From the NCBI GenBank assembly GCA_018985235.1, contig JADGIG010000011.1, positions 1 to 54,577 of the forward strand: a DNA stretch of 54,577 bases. Reading direction: 5' to 3'. Positions 31,683-42,356 of the stretch are shown in pieces. Position 1 is the first letter of the stretch, and each line of letters begins with the position of its first letter. Source of the DNA: Sanchytrium tribonematis. Taxonomy: Eukaryota. Both the position numbers and the translations under genes were made by a program. The notes under the pieces are model-generated. The model was not told the origin of the DNA. It did not search any database and saw only the letters and a program-made list of their open reading frames with translations.

Positions 31683-31868
31683 AATTCCAATCATTGCCTA
31701 ACAAGCCGCTATAGATCGACTGAGCTTCTTACCCTGTAAAATCGTCATTCTTTCAACGTTTAGCATATTTTCCAGTTTGAATTCAAAAACCCAAAACAAG
31801 GATGAGTTTTTAAATCGAAAATGATCTACGCTGAAAGGATAAAAACAAGTATTCCCAGCCAAATCTGT

Positions 31869-34805
31869 TTATTGCAATACAATTCCTCGTTGTTCAATAT
31901 TCTGCTTGATCTGCTTCAAATGACTCGCCACACATTCTATATTCACCCATGAATAGACCTTGTCAATTGTATTCAAAATTGCCATTTCATTCAATAAAAA
32001 TGACCCTATTTCACTTCCAATATTATTATTGCTGTTACTGTTTCTCGTATGCTTTTCAATCACGGCAATATTTAAATAATCCATTCCGCCCATCAAAACC
32101 ATGTTGTGAATACAGCAACTAATACTAATCATTTCATTCTCATTTCCTCTCATGTAATCCATCATCAATATCCATATCCATTCACCAATGATATCCATTT
32201 GAATATCAAGCTTATTTGAAGAATACAAATGATGCGTCGTATGGCAATTTAATTTAGTCCATTCCCGAATACACTCAATTCCACCATTTTTAACATCTTC
32301 CATGTCCATATCCAACATAATTGTAATAATTCTGCATGACAATTGTGAAAAATCATTTGAAAATCCATTTGGCATATTGGGTGAATTATTAGCCATGGAA
32401 GCATTTCCATTCAACTGCTTTGTCGTTTGCTGTAGTGTATTCGTGCTTAATACCCGTCTAAACCATTTGGAATAGTGGGTTAAAAATTTGGGCCATCTCA
32501 TGTCCATTTCATTTAAATGCATTAATCCATTTAAAATCAAAGTGAGTGATTTCATTAAAACGTCATCTTGATAATAAATCATGGCGCTATAAAATAACCC
32601 ATCGTTTAAAAATTGGCATTTGAATTTGAGTAAATAAGTGAGTGATTTGACGGGTGACAAAGATTCATTGGAATTATTGCCCATGGTTTGTGAATTTTGA
32701 GTCATGGTGGCTTCAACACATTTGCACATTAATCCACCTAGTTCCCTGAATAATGGAAATACCATGTACTCGTGCTGAATGCTTTTTAATAATTCATTAT
32801 TGTGTAATGCGCATGACATTTTCATCACGCTCTTTAAAAATTGAATATCATGCTGGTATTTACCAAATAAAGAGTGGATGAGTGGTATCAAGTCATTTAA
32901 GAGCAATTGGATTAAACTTTTTAAACCGAATTCAGAATGGCAGCCTTGTAGAATTCCTTGAATTGACCTGATCAGTCCAATCGCATTTCCATTACCAGAT
33001 ACACTATTCAAAGAATCATTTAAATTGTTTAAATTCAGTGTATCATTGTTGGAATTGTTATTGAGTGCCTGATTGCATTGACTTTGCAAGTAATCCATTA
33101 ATTTGTAAATCATTTCACCATCTTTGTTGAATGCAACATGAGAGATAAATTCATAGTAAACGACACGGTATTTAGGATAATAATATTCGAATAGCAAAGG
33201 TCTATTGTAATCCAAATTGACTAACAGCGGACTGGTTAACGCAAATCGCATGCAAGTAATTGAATTTGAATAAAACTGAAATATTTCCATGCACATTTGA
33301 ATGATGTGAGACTGAGTTGGATGAGCCTGCAAAATATCATATACTTTGCTGAGTAGCAAATGAAATAAGGATTGCCGAGATTCACATTGAATAATAGTGA
33401 AAAATGCTTGGTTAAAGCAAAATGAATCCCAGACATAATTCTCTGTAATATTTTTTATAAACGAGGTGTAATAAGTGAATAATAATACGAGGTATTCATT
33501 GATGTCAAAATGGTCTCTCAGACTTGCAAATTCACTATTATTTGAGGCACCTAGCTGTGCTGTGTCTACAGTATTCATGTGTATCATTTTTATGAACAAT
33601 TGCGCATCATACTGGTCATTTAATTCATTTTCATAAATGTTGATTTTACATTTAAAAATAGATTGACCGATTGAAAGTAAATGAACGTTATTGAGTGCCA
33701 AAACGTGTGGTATGTAGACTGAGTACGATTCTCTAATGCATTTTGAAATTAAATCTAGGCAGTCAGAAGCAATATCGAATGGATACAAGTAAATTGGGGT
33801 AGAAATCAATTGGGTCAAAATGTTGTTTGGTGCCGACATACTGGAGGTATTGTTGTCTAAAATATGCAAATCTACTGTAAAATGCTTGTAAATTGGTACA
33901 TAGAGTGGAAGAATAGATGGATTTAATGGAATTTGATAGAATATACTTGAAAATTGCTTGATTTCTAATAAATCCTCAAATTCCATTCCCATGTGCAAAT
34001 CCAAAACAGTGTTAATTATCAAAAGCGCCGTGGATTCTATGTTGTCAAGCGGGGTGTAATCGATATAAGCTTGTGGATCTAAAAGAGGGGAATTTGGACT
34101 ATTTAATGGCGTGTTTGGGGGACTCTGAATCAAATTAACATTTTCTGCTAATTTGATGTTGCTAAACACGCATTTTATCAAATCCCGTCTATCCTGATAC
34201 GAAATGCAGGATCTTCGCATTTTCACAATCTGATGGATACATTTGTAATTTCCAAAAGTGTGATTAGAAAATAGAAGTGGGACTAAATCTAAGAGAGGCC
34301 TACGGTATTGCATATCAGGAATAACAGAGTTATCGTCTTCAATACTAGTCAAAGACTTGGTGATTAAATGAATATTGTTCGATTGCAACGCTTTGCTGAG
34401 TATCTGAGACGCCAATTTGCGTTTGGAATATTGCTTGATACTAGAGAGTTCATCTAAAATATACTCAGATGTAATATCATCTAAACTTGTGTCGTTTAAT
34501 GAATGATTAAATGATATACAGTGATTCGCAAACGCATAACACATCATCTTATAAATTGACTGGTTCCCTATAAATTGAAATGGATTTGGATCAGCAGCAT
34601 TTAGTGCAATTTGGTATCTATTGATAATATTCGTGAAATATGGAATATACTGAATATTTGGATGTTTTCTCAAGTGCGAAAATACAAGAAATTTTGTAGT
34701 GGGCTGGTATTGGTCTAATAAATTTGGATTGATAAGTTGAATGAACTGGGTCTGAAGGTCTATTTGCCCTTGTGTTAATTGTATTGCAACCTGATCAATT
34801 TGCAT
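31869..34805 (-). CDS. Divergent exportin-7/RanBP16-17-like karyopherin
   Basis: About 980-aa helical protein. YRVVYYEFI, IGLIRSIQGI, LFRELGGLM, YYQDDVL and RWPKFLTHY recall the exportin-7 motifs RTTFY, IGLxRDLRGI, LFRE, LYGDxAL and YPKL. First ATG at 34805. Confidence 0.5.
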   Translation of the reverse strand: MQIDQVAIQLTQGQIDLQTQFIQLINPNLLDQYQPTTKFLVFSHLRKHPNIQYIPYFTNIINRYQIALNAADPNPFQFIGNQSIYKMMCYAFANHCISFNHSLNDTSLDDITSEYILDELSSIKQYSKRKLASQILSKALQSNNIHLITKSLTSIEDDNSVIPDMQYRRPLLDLVPLLFSNHTFGNYKCIHQIVKMRRSCISYQDRRDLIKCVFSNIKLAENVNLIQSPPNTPLNSPNSPLLDPQAYIDYTPLDNIESTALLIINTVLDLHMGMEFEDLLEIKQFSSIFYQIPLNPSILPLYVPIYKHFTVDLHILDNNTSSMSAPNNILTQLISTPIYLYPFDIASDCLDLISKCIRESYSVYIPHVLALNNVHLLSIGQSIFKCKINIYENELNDQYDAQLFIKMIHMNTVDTAQLGASNNSEFASLRDHFDINEYLVLLFTYYTSFIKNITENYVWDSFCFNQAFFTIIQCESRQSLFHLLLSKVYDILQAHPTQSHIIQMCMEIFQFYSNSITCMRFALTSPLLVNLDYNRPLLFEYYYPKYRVVYYEFISHVAFNKDGEMIYKLMDYLQSQCNQALNNNSNNDTLNLNNLNDSLNSVSGNGNAIGLIRSIQGILQGCHSEFGLKSLIQLLLNDLIPLIHSLFGKYQHDIQFLKSVMKMSCALHNNELLKSIQHEYMVFPLFRELGGLMCKCVEATMTQNSQTMGNNSNESLSPVKSLTYLLKFKCQFLNDGLFYSAMIYYQDDVLMKSLTLILNGLMHLNEMDMRWPKFLTHYSKWFRRVLSTNTLQQTTKQLNGNASMANNSPNMPNGFSNDFSQLSCRIITIMLDMDMEDVKNGGIECIREWTKLNCHTTHHLYSSNKLDIQMDIIGEWIWILMMDYMRGNENEMISISCCIHNMVLMGGMDYLNIAVIEKHTRNSNSNNNIGSEIGSFLLNEMAILNTIDKVYSWVNIECVASHLKQIKQNIEQRGIVLQ

Positions 34806-34991
34806 TGATTGTTTCGAGGGTCGAAAAAATTTTAGTGGACAATCCACATGAAGAAAGTGGTATATGAAACATCTACGAAATTTCTGCTGGAGTGATGTTG
34901 TGTTTTATTAATATGGAAAATATAATCCATTTGTAGGTTTCTATGAGGTTTATTTGGTCTGATCCCCTTGTACAAGTATTTTACAGAAAGA

Positions 34992-36089
34992 ATGGAAGCA
35001 ACAGATGACAAAATGCCCTCACTTGTTCATATTCTGCCTAATATATCGGAATTGAATTGCTTTAAAGAAAAATGTTCTACTCTTCAGCCATATTTTGATC
35101 AATTGGATGAATTTATGACATGTAATGTGCTGAAAGAGTTGGAATCTCATTTTGCTATCACATTCATAACAGTTGGGAACGTAGACGCTAATATTGGTAT
35201 TGTTGTATCTGTCAAAGAAGACAACATTGTAATTAGAGACAAAGTGCCTCGACTGAAAAATGTAAGTTGCGCTTTACCAATTGGAATAGTACAAAATGAT
35301 GTAAAATTATTCAATCACCGCTGTGATATGAAATTTGACGCTGGTCAAGATAAAACATTAAGACCTGGATGTAAATACTTTACTCTTGAGTCAACTAGCA
35401 AGGAATATTGTGGTGCTAGTATTGGATTGTATCTAAAGATTGATGGCAAGGCAGTGGGACTTAGTACGGGACATTCTTTCAGAAATGGAACAGATAAAAT
35501 TGAACATTTGAGATTAGATATAGGATCTTTGCAATTAAAGAAATTTGAACAAAGGCTAAAAAATGAAGATTTGATTGCTATTGGAGTGAACCCTGGATTA
35601 GCGTATTCTGTAGCAGATTGTTCATTGATACAAATTAAAGATGCAGATTGTGTGAATGAATTTACATGCAATATAGCAACTAGTGGCGTCGAATTCCCAG
35701 TGAAATTTACTGAGATATCAGAGAATTTCGATTTGAAGAAAGAGGTTAATTATTTCATCATTACCGGGGATAGAAAAGAACTATGCGAGCTAGTAACTTA
35801 TGGCAAAGTATATATCTGGAATGGGACAATTGATGGCGACGCTAAGTATACTAGAGAATTTGTATTAAGATATAAGAAACATCACGATCATTACAATGTT
35901 GCTGAAGGAGAATCTATTACCAAAAATGTACCAGGGGACTGTGGTAATGTCGTATTTCATTTCGATGATAATGGCAATGCTGTGGTGGATGGTATGTTTA
36001 TTGGAACAGATTTATTTTCAAATTTTGCCATCTTTTCAACCACATTGTGGATCAAAAAGAATCTGAAAACCCCCATGGTATTATTATAG
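34992..36089 (+). CDS. Trypsin-fold (clan PA, Nal1/Ssy5-like) protease with Cys at the nucleophile position
   Basis: GASIG...LSTGH (His), ADCSLI (Asp), PGDCGNVV (GDSG position) and GMFIG, in the correct order. First ATG at 34992. Confidence 0.65.
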   Translation: MEATDDKMPSLVHILPNISELNCFKEKCSTLQPYFDQLDEFMTCNVLKELESHFAITFITVGNVDANIGIVVSVKEDNIVIRDKVPRLKNVSCALPIGIVQNDVKLFNHRCDMKFDAGQDKTLRPGCKYFTLESTSKEYCGASIGLYLKIDGKAVGLSTGHSFRNGTDKIEHLRLDIGSLQLKKFEQRLKNEDLIAIGVNPGLAYSVADCSLIQIKDADCVNEFTCNIATSGVEFPVKFTEISENFDLKKEVNYFIITGDRKELCELVTYGKVYIWNGTIDGDAKYTREFVLRYKKHHDHYNVAEGESITKNVPGDCGNVVFHFDDNGNAVVDGMFIGTDLFSNFAIFSTTLWIKKNLKTPMVLL

Positions 36090-36287
36090 AGCTAGAAGTA
36101 AAAATATTAAGTCATTACGGACTCATTTCGATATGCATAATTTTCACCAAGGCGCCACAAATCTTTATTGTCTTTGAAAGCATCATCAAATCAATATATT
36201 AGGTCAATTATATATATATCTGATTGCAATTAATTAGTACATTTTGTTAAATATTTATATTATGACCTAAATAAAATAAGTGCTCAT

Positions 36288-38516
36288 TTATTGAGTTTTG
36301 CTTTGTAATTGCCCTAATTCGACTGCTTCAAATTCGCTCTCAAGGGTAAATCTTATGGAAGGGTCACAAATTATAACCAAACCAAAACCACAGTTAAATG
36401 TTCTCAACATTTCGTCTCTAGTAACATTGCCCAAATGCTGAACCCATTTGAATATAGGAGAAAATTCAAACTGTTTATATTCTGGTTCCAAATGGCTCGG
36501 AAGCACTCGAGGCACATTTTCTGGAAAGCCGCCACCAGTAATATGTGCAAATCCTCTTATTTGATGTTTGTACTTCTTAATGAGATTTAATACAACATCA
36601 ACGTAGATCTCTGTAGGCGTTAGTAATATTTCAGCAACAGATTTATCAAATGGGGATTTATCAGAAAGCTTAATGTTGTTCAATTTCAATATCTTTCTTA
36701 TCAAAGAATAGCCATTTGAGTGGATCCCGCTTGATCTTATTCCCATTAGTAAATCACCTTGCTTCATTTCTTGTAATTTTGGATAAGTTTCGCCTTTTCT
36801 AACAGCTCCCACTGCAAACCCAGCAAGGTCAAAATCTTTGGAATGATACATACCTGGCATTTCTGCAGTTTCTCCGCCAACCAAAGCACATTTAGAAATT
36901 TCACAACCCTTTGCTATTCCCTTGACAACAGTTGCTGCAGATTTTACGTCTAATTTACCACACGCATAATAATCTAAAAACAAAAGAGGTTCAGCACCTT
37001 GAACGACCAAATCATTGACACTCATTGCAACTAAATCTATTCCAACTGTATCGAGAATATTAGATTCGATTGCTAGTTTTAATTTCGTGCCAACTCCATC
37101 TGTACAGCATACCAAATAAGCGTCCGATGGATATCCTGCTTGGGTTAGGTCAAAAACAGCACCAAATCCACCAAGATCACAATTGGAGCCTGATCGACTG
37201 GTTTTTTTAACGTATTGCTTAATCTCATTAACAAACGAGTTCCCAGCATCTATATCAACACCAGCTGAAGCATAAGTGAGTGATTTTTCGCCAAAATTCT
37301 TGTTCATTACCTGATGGCCAATATCTGTTCTAAAAAACATGTCTTGAAAGTGAATACTCTTCACTACCGAATATGCAAGATCTTTACAAGTTTCGAAAGA
37401 ATCTCCAAGTGCGGTAACACATAACACTCTTCCACCACTAGTGACCAACTCACTAGTTTGCTTCGTACCAGCGTGAAATATTTTTACATTGGAATTTTCG
37501 ATTACTGGTAAAGAGATGGGATATCCTTTTTGGTAAGATTCTGGGTAGCCACCACTAGCTAGAACAACTCCGAGAGATTTTTGAGATTTAAATTTTAATT
37601 CAACAGAGTCCAAATAACCTTTACAGCAAGCCATCATCACCTCTCCGAGATCCGTATCGAGAAGTGGCAGCACAACTTGTGTTTCCGGATCACCTAATCT
37701 GCAATTGAATTCCAGATTCATCGGACCATTTTTGGTAAGCATTACACCAGCATATAGTACGCCCACAAAAGGATGTTTTTCCTTTCTCATTCCATCAACG
37801 GCTTTTTGTATTATATTCTGGTGGATCCAATCTAATTCATCGGTAGACACGACTGGAGTTGGTGCATACGCACCCATTCCACCAGTATTTGGCCCCTTAT
37901 CTCCATCTAATAACCGCTTATGATCTTGAGCAGGAGGAAGTATTTTGGTAGTAAATCCATCACTAAAAGCCAAAACCGATACCTCAGGACCGTTTAATAG
38001 CTCTTCAATCACAACTTCTTGTCCCGCACTACCAAATTTTGATTCCAGCATCATATCTTTTAAGAAAAACTGAGCCTCTTCTTTGTTTTTTGGCAATAAT
38101 ACACCCTTACCAGCAGCTAAACCACTTGTTTTTAAAACTATGTTATAGTCAACTTCCTCAATAAAATCTTTCGCAAGATTGTAATCTGTAAATGATTGAT
38201 ACCTTGCAGTTGGAATTCCATATTTGACCATAAATTCCTTAGAATATGCTTTTGAACCTTCAATTTTAGCTGCCTCTTTTGACGGACCAAAACAATGTAG
38301 ACCCGCGGTTCGACATTTTTCCTGAATACCGTCAACAAGAGGCTGCTCAGGCCCAACTACAATCAAATCGGCTTTGTTTTGCAAAGCAAATTCAATTGGA
38401 TCGCCATCGAAATTTCTGGTATTACCATTCCCGGGAGAGCAATAGACATCATGATTGCTTAATGATTGACATATTGCATCTTCTCTACCGCCACTTCCTA
38501 CGACAACAACCTTCAT
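36288..38516 (-). CDS. ADE5,7: Bifunctional GAR synthetase-AIR synthetase (PurD-PurM fusion)
   Basis: GSGGRE, GLAAGKGV, QDHKR, GPNTGGMGAY, EFNCRLGDPE; then YASAGVDIDAG, TDGVGTKL, GGETAEMPG, HSNGYSL, HITGGG. No GART domain. Confidence 0.96.
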   Translation of the reverse strand: MKVVVVGSGGREDAICQSLSNHDVYCSPGNGNTRNFDGDPIEFALQNKADLIVVGPEQPLVDGIQEKCRTAGLHCFGPSKEAAKIEGSKAYSKEFMVKYGIPTARYQSFTDYNLAKDFIEEVDYNIVLKTSGLAAGKGVLLPKNKEEAQFFLKDMMLESKFGSAGQEVVIEELLNGPEVSVLAFSDGFTTKILPPAQDHKRLLDGDKGPNTGGMGAYAPTPVVSTDELDWIHQNIIQKAVDGMRKEKHPFVGVLYAGVMLTKNGPMNLEFNCRLGDPETQVVLPLLDTDLGEVMMACCKGYLDSVELKFKSQKSLGVVLASGGYPESYQKGYPISLPVIENSNVKIFHAGTKQTSELVTSGGRVLCVTALGDSFETCKDLAYSVVKSIHFQDMFFRTDIGHQVMNKNFGEKSLTYASAGVDIDAGNSFVNEIKQYVKKTSRSGSNCDLGGFGAVFDLTQAGYPSDAYLVCCTDGVGTKLKLAIESNILDTVGIDLVAMSVNDLVVQGAEPLLFLDYYACGKLDVKSAATVVKGIAKGCEISKCALVGGETAEMPGMYHSKDFDLAGFAVGAVRKGETYPKLQEMKQGDLLMGIRSSGIHSNGYSLIRKILKLNNIKLSDKSPFDKSVAEILLTPTEIYVDVVLNLIKKYKHQIRGFAHITGGGFPENVPRVLPSHLEPEYKQFEFSPIFKWVQHLGNVTRDEMLRTFNCGFGLVIICDPSIRFTLESEFEAVELGQLQSKTQ

Positions 38517-38660
38517 CTAAAACGAGGAGTAATGAATCCTATTATACGATTATGGAACGGATTTGAATGTGAGTGAACAAATTTCCATAATTTCAAGAAG
38601 GAATACAGTTTCTTACTAAATTTGTTAAATGTTGAGAACTTGCTAACTCCTTCAAACAAA

Positions 38661-39830
38661 ATGGTAGATCCATTTTCATTTTATTTTAAGTCGTCCATAG
38701 ATTTACGCGAGGTCACTCATTACACAACTAACAAGTCCTTTTTCGATTCATACCAAAAATTCTATGTTCCAGCTGTGTCGCTTGCATTACCAAATTTGCA
38801 AAAAGTAGAGATATACCAATTGGATGAATACGCTGTCGACGAAATTATCGACACTATTCGCTTAATACTCAAACATTGTGTCTGTATGACTGAGGATATG
38901 AAATTAAAAGCATTTATTGACGACTTTCCTATTGTCCAACAATTGGAAGTTGCAAAGTCAGATAAAAATCTAGATCTATTCAACGCAGCCATCGATACTT
39001 TCAATATCAAAATAATTCAAGCTGCAGAGGTAAATTACGTCGTTGGATATTTAGAAGATAAGGCACCTAATATGTTTATAAAATTAAGCAAGTTGAGCAT
39101 GTATGCTAAATTAAAATCGGAAATCGAACAACCACACCCAGAGTTAATTGAACACATATACTATCAATGCTACAGTAGAATTATAGAACCAAAACTCAAT
39201 GAGTTGAGTAAATACCAAGCTTTTTCTGACAGTGTTTATGGTGAAATCATGTTTAGTCTGACAAGTCAAATCATCGAGCTAACTAAAATCAATAGCACAT
39301 CAATTTTTCTCGATCTTGGTAGTGGAATTGGAAATGTCGTTTGTCAAACAGCAGGAATTACGCAGTGTGAAGCTTACGGAATTGAAATTATGGCAAACTC
39401 TGTGGAATTATCTTTTGACATGGCCAACGAATTTCAAACAAGATGCCATCATTTTAATCAACCATGTGGCAAAATTCATTTATTTAAAGGTGATATTTTT
39501 AATCATCCAAATATTGATTCCTTGCTGAAACGAGCTACTGTAATTTTTGTCAACAATCATGTATTTACCTCCCAAACTAACAGCCAATTGATGCAGAGAT
39601 TCTTGGATTTACAAGATGGGTGTTTGGTCGTAAGTATAATCAATTTTGCACCCACAACCCCACTTAGTAGTAGAATTACGCACAGAAATGTCAATCACAT
39701 TGAAAGCATACTACACGTGACTGAGCATGATTATCTCGCAGAAGATGTGAGCTGGTCAGATGAACCGGGTCATTTTTACATTCACAGGGTTGACAGAGAG
39801 CCATTAAAAAAGTTTTTAAGCAGAAGATAA
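38661..39830 (+). CDS. DOT1: Histone H3K79 methyltransferase DOT1
   Basis: YQAFSDSVYGE, FLDLGSGIGNVVCQ, GIEI, VIFVNN, VSWS. First ATG at 38661. Confidence 0.92.
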   Translation: MVDPFSFYFKSSIDLREVTHYTTNKSFFDSYQKFYVPAVSLALPNLQKVEIYQLDEYAVDEIIDTIRLILKHCVCMTEDMKLKAFIDDFPIVQQLEVAKSDKNLDLFNAAIDTFNIKIIQAAEVNYVVGYLEDKAPNMFIKLSKLSMYAKLKSEIEQPHPELIEHIYYQCYSRIIEPKLNELSKYQAFSDSVYGEIMFSLTSQIIELTKINSTSIFLDLGSGIGNVVCQTAGITQCEAYGIEIMANSVELSFDMANEFQTRCHHFNQPCGKIHLFKGDIFNHPNIDSLLKRATVIFVNNHVFTSQTNSQLMQRFLDLQDGCLVVSIINFAPTTPLSSRITHRNVNHIESILHVTEHDYLAEDVSWSDEPGHFYIHRVDREPLKKFLSRR

Positions 39831-39961
39831 AATAAACTCATATCTAGAAGATAATCTTTTGTGAGAGAAAAGTGTTTTTACCATTTAATTTGTTTTTTCC
39901 CAATCAAAAGCATTCGATCATTGTTGCACAAGTTTAAATTTAAAACATTGTGTAATCCCTT

Positions 39962-41041
39962 ATGAAACGCAATGACGAAGCATTTGAAAATGAGGACATT
40001 GAGGTGCTTTTTCAAAGGCACTTTAATTCGCAAGAGGAAAGGAAGGACACAGTCAAAGATGATGATTCTTACAGAGAAGATTTGCTACAAGCTAAAGATT
40101 GGTTTTCTGTACTTTATATAATTGCTACAGCAAGCAGTTTATTTGCCACATACAAACTAACAGGTGTCAATTTAGCACTCCAACTAGAATGTTTTACAAC
40201 AGTTTGGTTGATTTGCTTTGAGCAAATGACTTTATCTTCGTGGAAACATACAAATCCGGCTTTAATCCAGTATACCATTTTTCATTTAATTAATTTTGTT
40301 GTAATATGCGCACTTGCAACCTGTGTTCCTTATATATTGAATGACCCAGTTGCCGCTCAAGTCTATGCCGCTGTGATGATTTGCCACAAATTTTCATTTT
40401 TAATTCAGCTAATACAAAGATTCTGGAATTGTTACACTCCATCAATAATATCATATGGCATAGTTTGTATTATTGATATGATCTTGTTTGGTATCTCAAT
40501 TCAATATCCTTCCTACTATTTTTGGTATGCTGCAAGCATTTTACAATTCTTAAATTTTATTTATTTTATAAAAGAACATTTTCACAATCGCATACAATAT
40601 TATTTCTTTGCAGATCGTGTGGGTGATATTACTGGAGCCTATTTTATTGCCTTTTTTGCAATTTTGACAACTTTACCATTAGCAGCGACCTGGGTACATT
40701 TCCCATTTCTACTCATATTCTGGTATCATTTTCAAAATATTGGCGTATTTGATAACATTAATTACATTCTATGGATATCGTCACTGTATTTTTTCCACAT
40801 TTCCATGTATATCTTTTACTTTTATATAGAAAATCAAAACTGGTCTATCGTTTTGATTTGTATTGGCATGATAGCTAGCACTAGTGTCTCCATTTATGAT
40901 AAGATTCAGCTGGTATTTCGTGCATTTTTTGCCTTATGTGCCTTGGTTTATTTGGTATATCCCGATATTTTATTAATTTACGCATTGATGTTTGGATTAA
41001 TTGGAACGGAATTAATTTACAAATTAAGAATTCCAAAATAA
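39962..41041 (+). CDS. Polytopic membrane protein, possibly LtrA-like
   Basis: Ten or more hydrophobic segments. DWFSVLYII and FADRVGDIT loosely recall the LtrA motifs ELFFDLVF and LAERFGLFT. Confidence 0.45.
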   Translation: MKRNDEAFENEDIEVLFQRHFNSQEERKDTVKDDDSYREDLLQAKDWFSVLYIIATASSLFATYKLTGVNLALQLECFTTVWLICFEQMTLSSWKHTNPALIQYTIFHLINFVVICALATCVPYILNDPVAAQVYAAVMICHKFSFLIQLIQRFWNCYTPSIISYGIVCIIDMILFGISIQYPSYYFWYAASILQFLNFIYFIKEHFHNRIQYYFFADRVGDITGAYFIAFFAILTTLPLAATWVHFPFLLIFWYHFQNIGVFDNINYILWISSLYFFHISMYIFYFYIENQNWSIVLICIGMIASTSVSIYDKIQLVFRAFFALCALVYLVYPDILLIYALMFGLIGTELIYKLRIPK

Positions 41042-41169
41042 ACTTGTGGACCCTTTTTTGCAATTTTTGTCGAATCAATGTCTAATGGCTAAATGATGTC
41101 ATAAAAGACAAACAGTAGATCAAGACTGGTATTCGTGAGAGCCGCACCTAGATTAGCCTTATTCTCGAC

Positions 41170-42100
41170 TTGTTGTGCGACGCACAAGAGAATGAGCAGC
41201 CAGCCATGGAGCAAGCCAATTGCAGGCGCATGTATAGTTCTCCCCAATAGTGCCAGAGCAAAGGGTGAAATGGAGCGAATTTCGAGTGGATGAAGACGGA
41301 CTAAGTAGTACATCTGCGGAACCATATCAATCGGAATCGGTGCCTGGCATATTAAGAGATTGGGAGAAAGAGTATAGAGATTACCGCATTAAAAAATATG
41401 AGGAATATTGGATGAATGCGTATGGGAGCACCAAGGGATTAAATGCCGCGCTTAAAAGGATGGAGGCAAACGAGGTAAAGCAGGTTGTGAATCCAGCTCA
41501 AGGCAATAGAAATGATTGGCCAAAACACGTGGACATGAACAAAGAGCAACAAGTCACCGCATCAACTGAGGCTGATTGGCCAGAGCACGTGGAAATAGTA
41601 GATGATAGCAAAAGAAATGAAAAATAGAGACTACAACAAACTCAATAAACAATGACTATTAAAACTACAATAGGCAATGCAAACATGCAAGAACAAACGC
41701 CTGAACAGTATCAGAATGGACAAGAGAGTCTACCCACACGGACCGCTCGCAGAGCAAAACCACAGAGAATCAAATACAGGTCGATGACCAATCCTCTTTC
41801 AAGCAGTCATTGAGTGAGAAAAGCTACTCCGAGAAGCTCAGTAAGTTAAGTAGCATGAAGAAAAAGAAAGAAAAAGAAGAAAAAGAAAGAAGCATCAGAG
41901 ATTTGAATCGTAGTAGATTCACACCAGAGAAAGCACTAAGCAAGTTGAGGGAGTTTAACTCTAAAAACAGCATTCCAAGGAATAGAATGAAAGATGTAGA
42001 TCAATCACAAGCCAGCTTTAATGCTAGCGAGTTAATTGGGCAACATCTGTTGAACACGCATGAGTTTCCAGGGCGAAACGAGTCGTGTGCTACGACTAAA
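41170..42100 (+). repeat. Unclassified dispersed repeat, copy A
   Basis: Aligns to 46385-46880 (caagagaat.agcagc, caagccaattgcagg, tatcagaatggacaag, cgatgaccaatcctcttt, gagaagctcag, caacatctgttga). Carries extra sequence at about 41330-41690. Confidence 0.8.
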
Positions 42101-42356
42101 CTGTTTTTTTGATGGGGGCGCAATCTTTTTGTCTTTTGTTTTTCTTTTTTTACCTAATTTAGCTGTCCAATATATTATATAAATAGTAAAGTTATTTGAT
42201 AATTGTTTCGAGTCGTGTCAACTAAGTAATTGTGAATCTGTGAATTTTCCCCAAATCCCGAAAATATCAATGCGACCACGATTAAAAGCTTTGAAAGCAA
42301 AATATTTAGGTAAACTTTGGCTCGACATTTTATTAAACAGGATTTCGTAACGCATA

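Noticed and set aside
38532..38660. Upstream in-frame ATG for DOT1 with one TGA (readthrough or intron)
   Set aside because: No convincing frame-preserving GT-AG pair and no visible homology. ATG 38661 has a good A-rich context.
1..39830. SWD2 and DOT1 in one window as an H2B-ubiquitin crosstalk cluster
   Set aside because: They are 38 kb and more than 20 unrelated genes apart, which is consistent with chance.
323..41325. Numerous short ORFs antisense to or nested in long genes (e.g. 323..574, 11513..11845, 29029..29460, 37705..37923)
   Set aside because: Shadows of real genes on the other strand or frame, mostly with non-ATG starts and no motifs.
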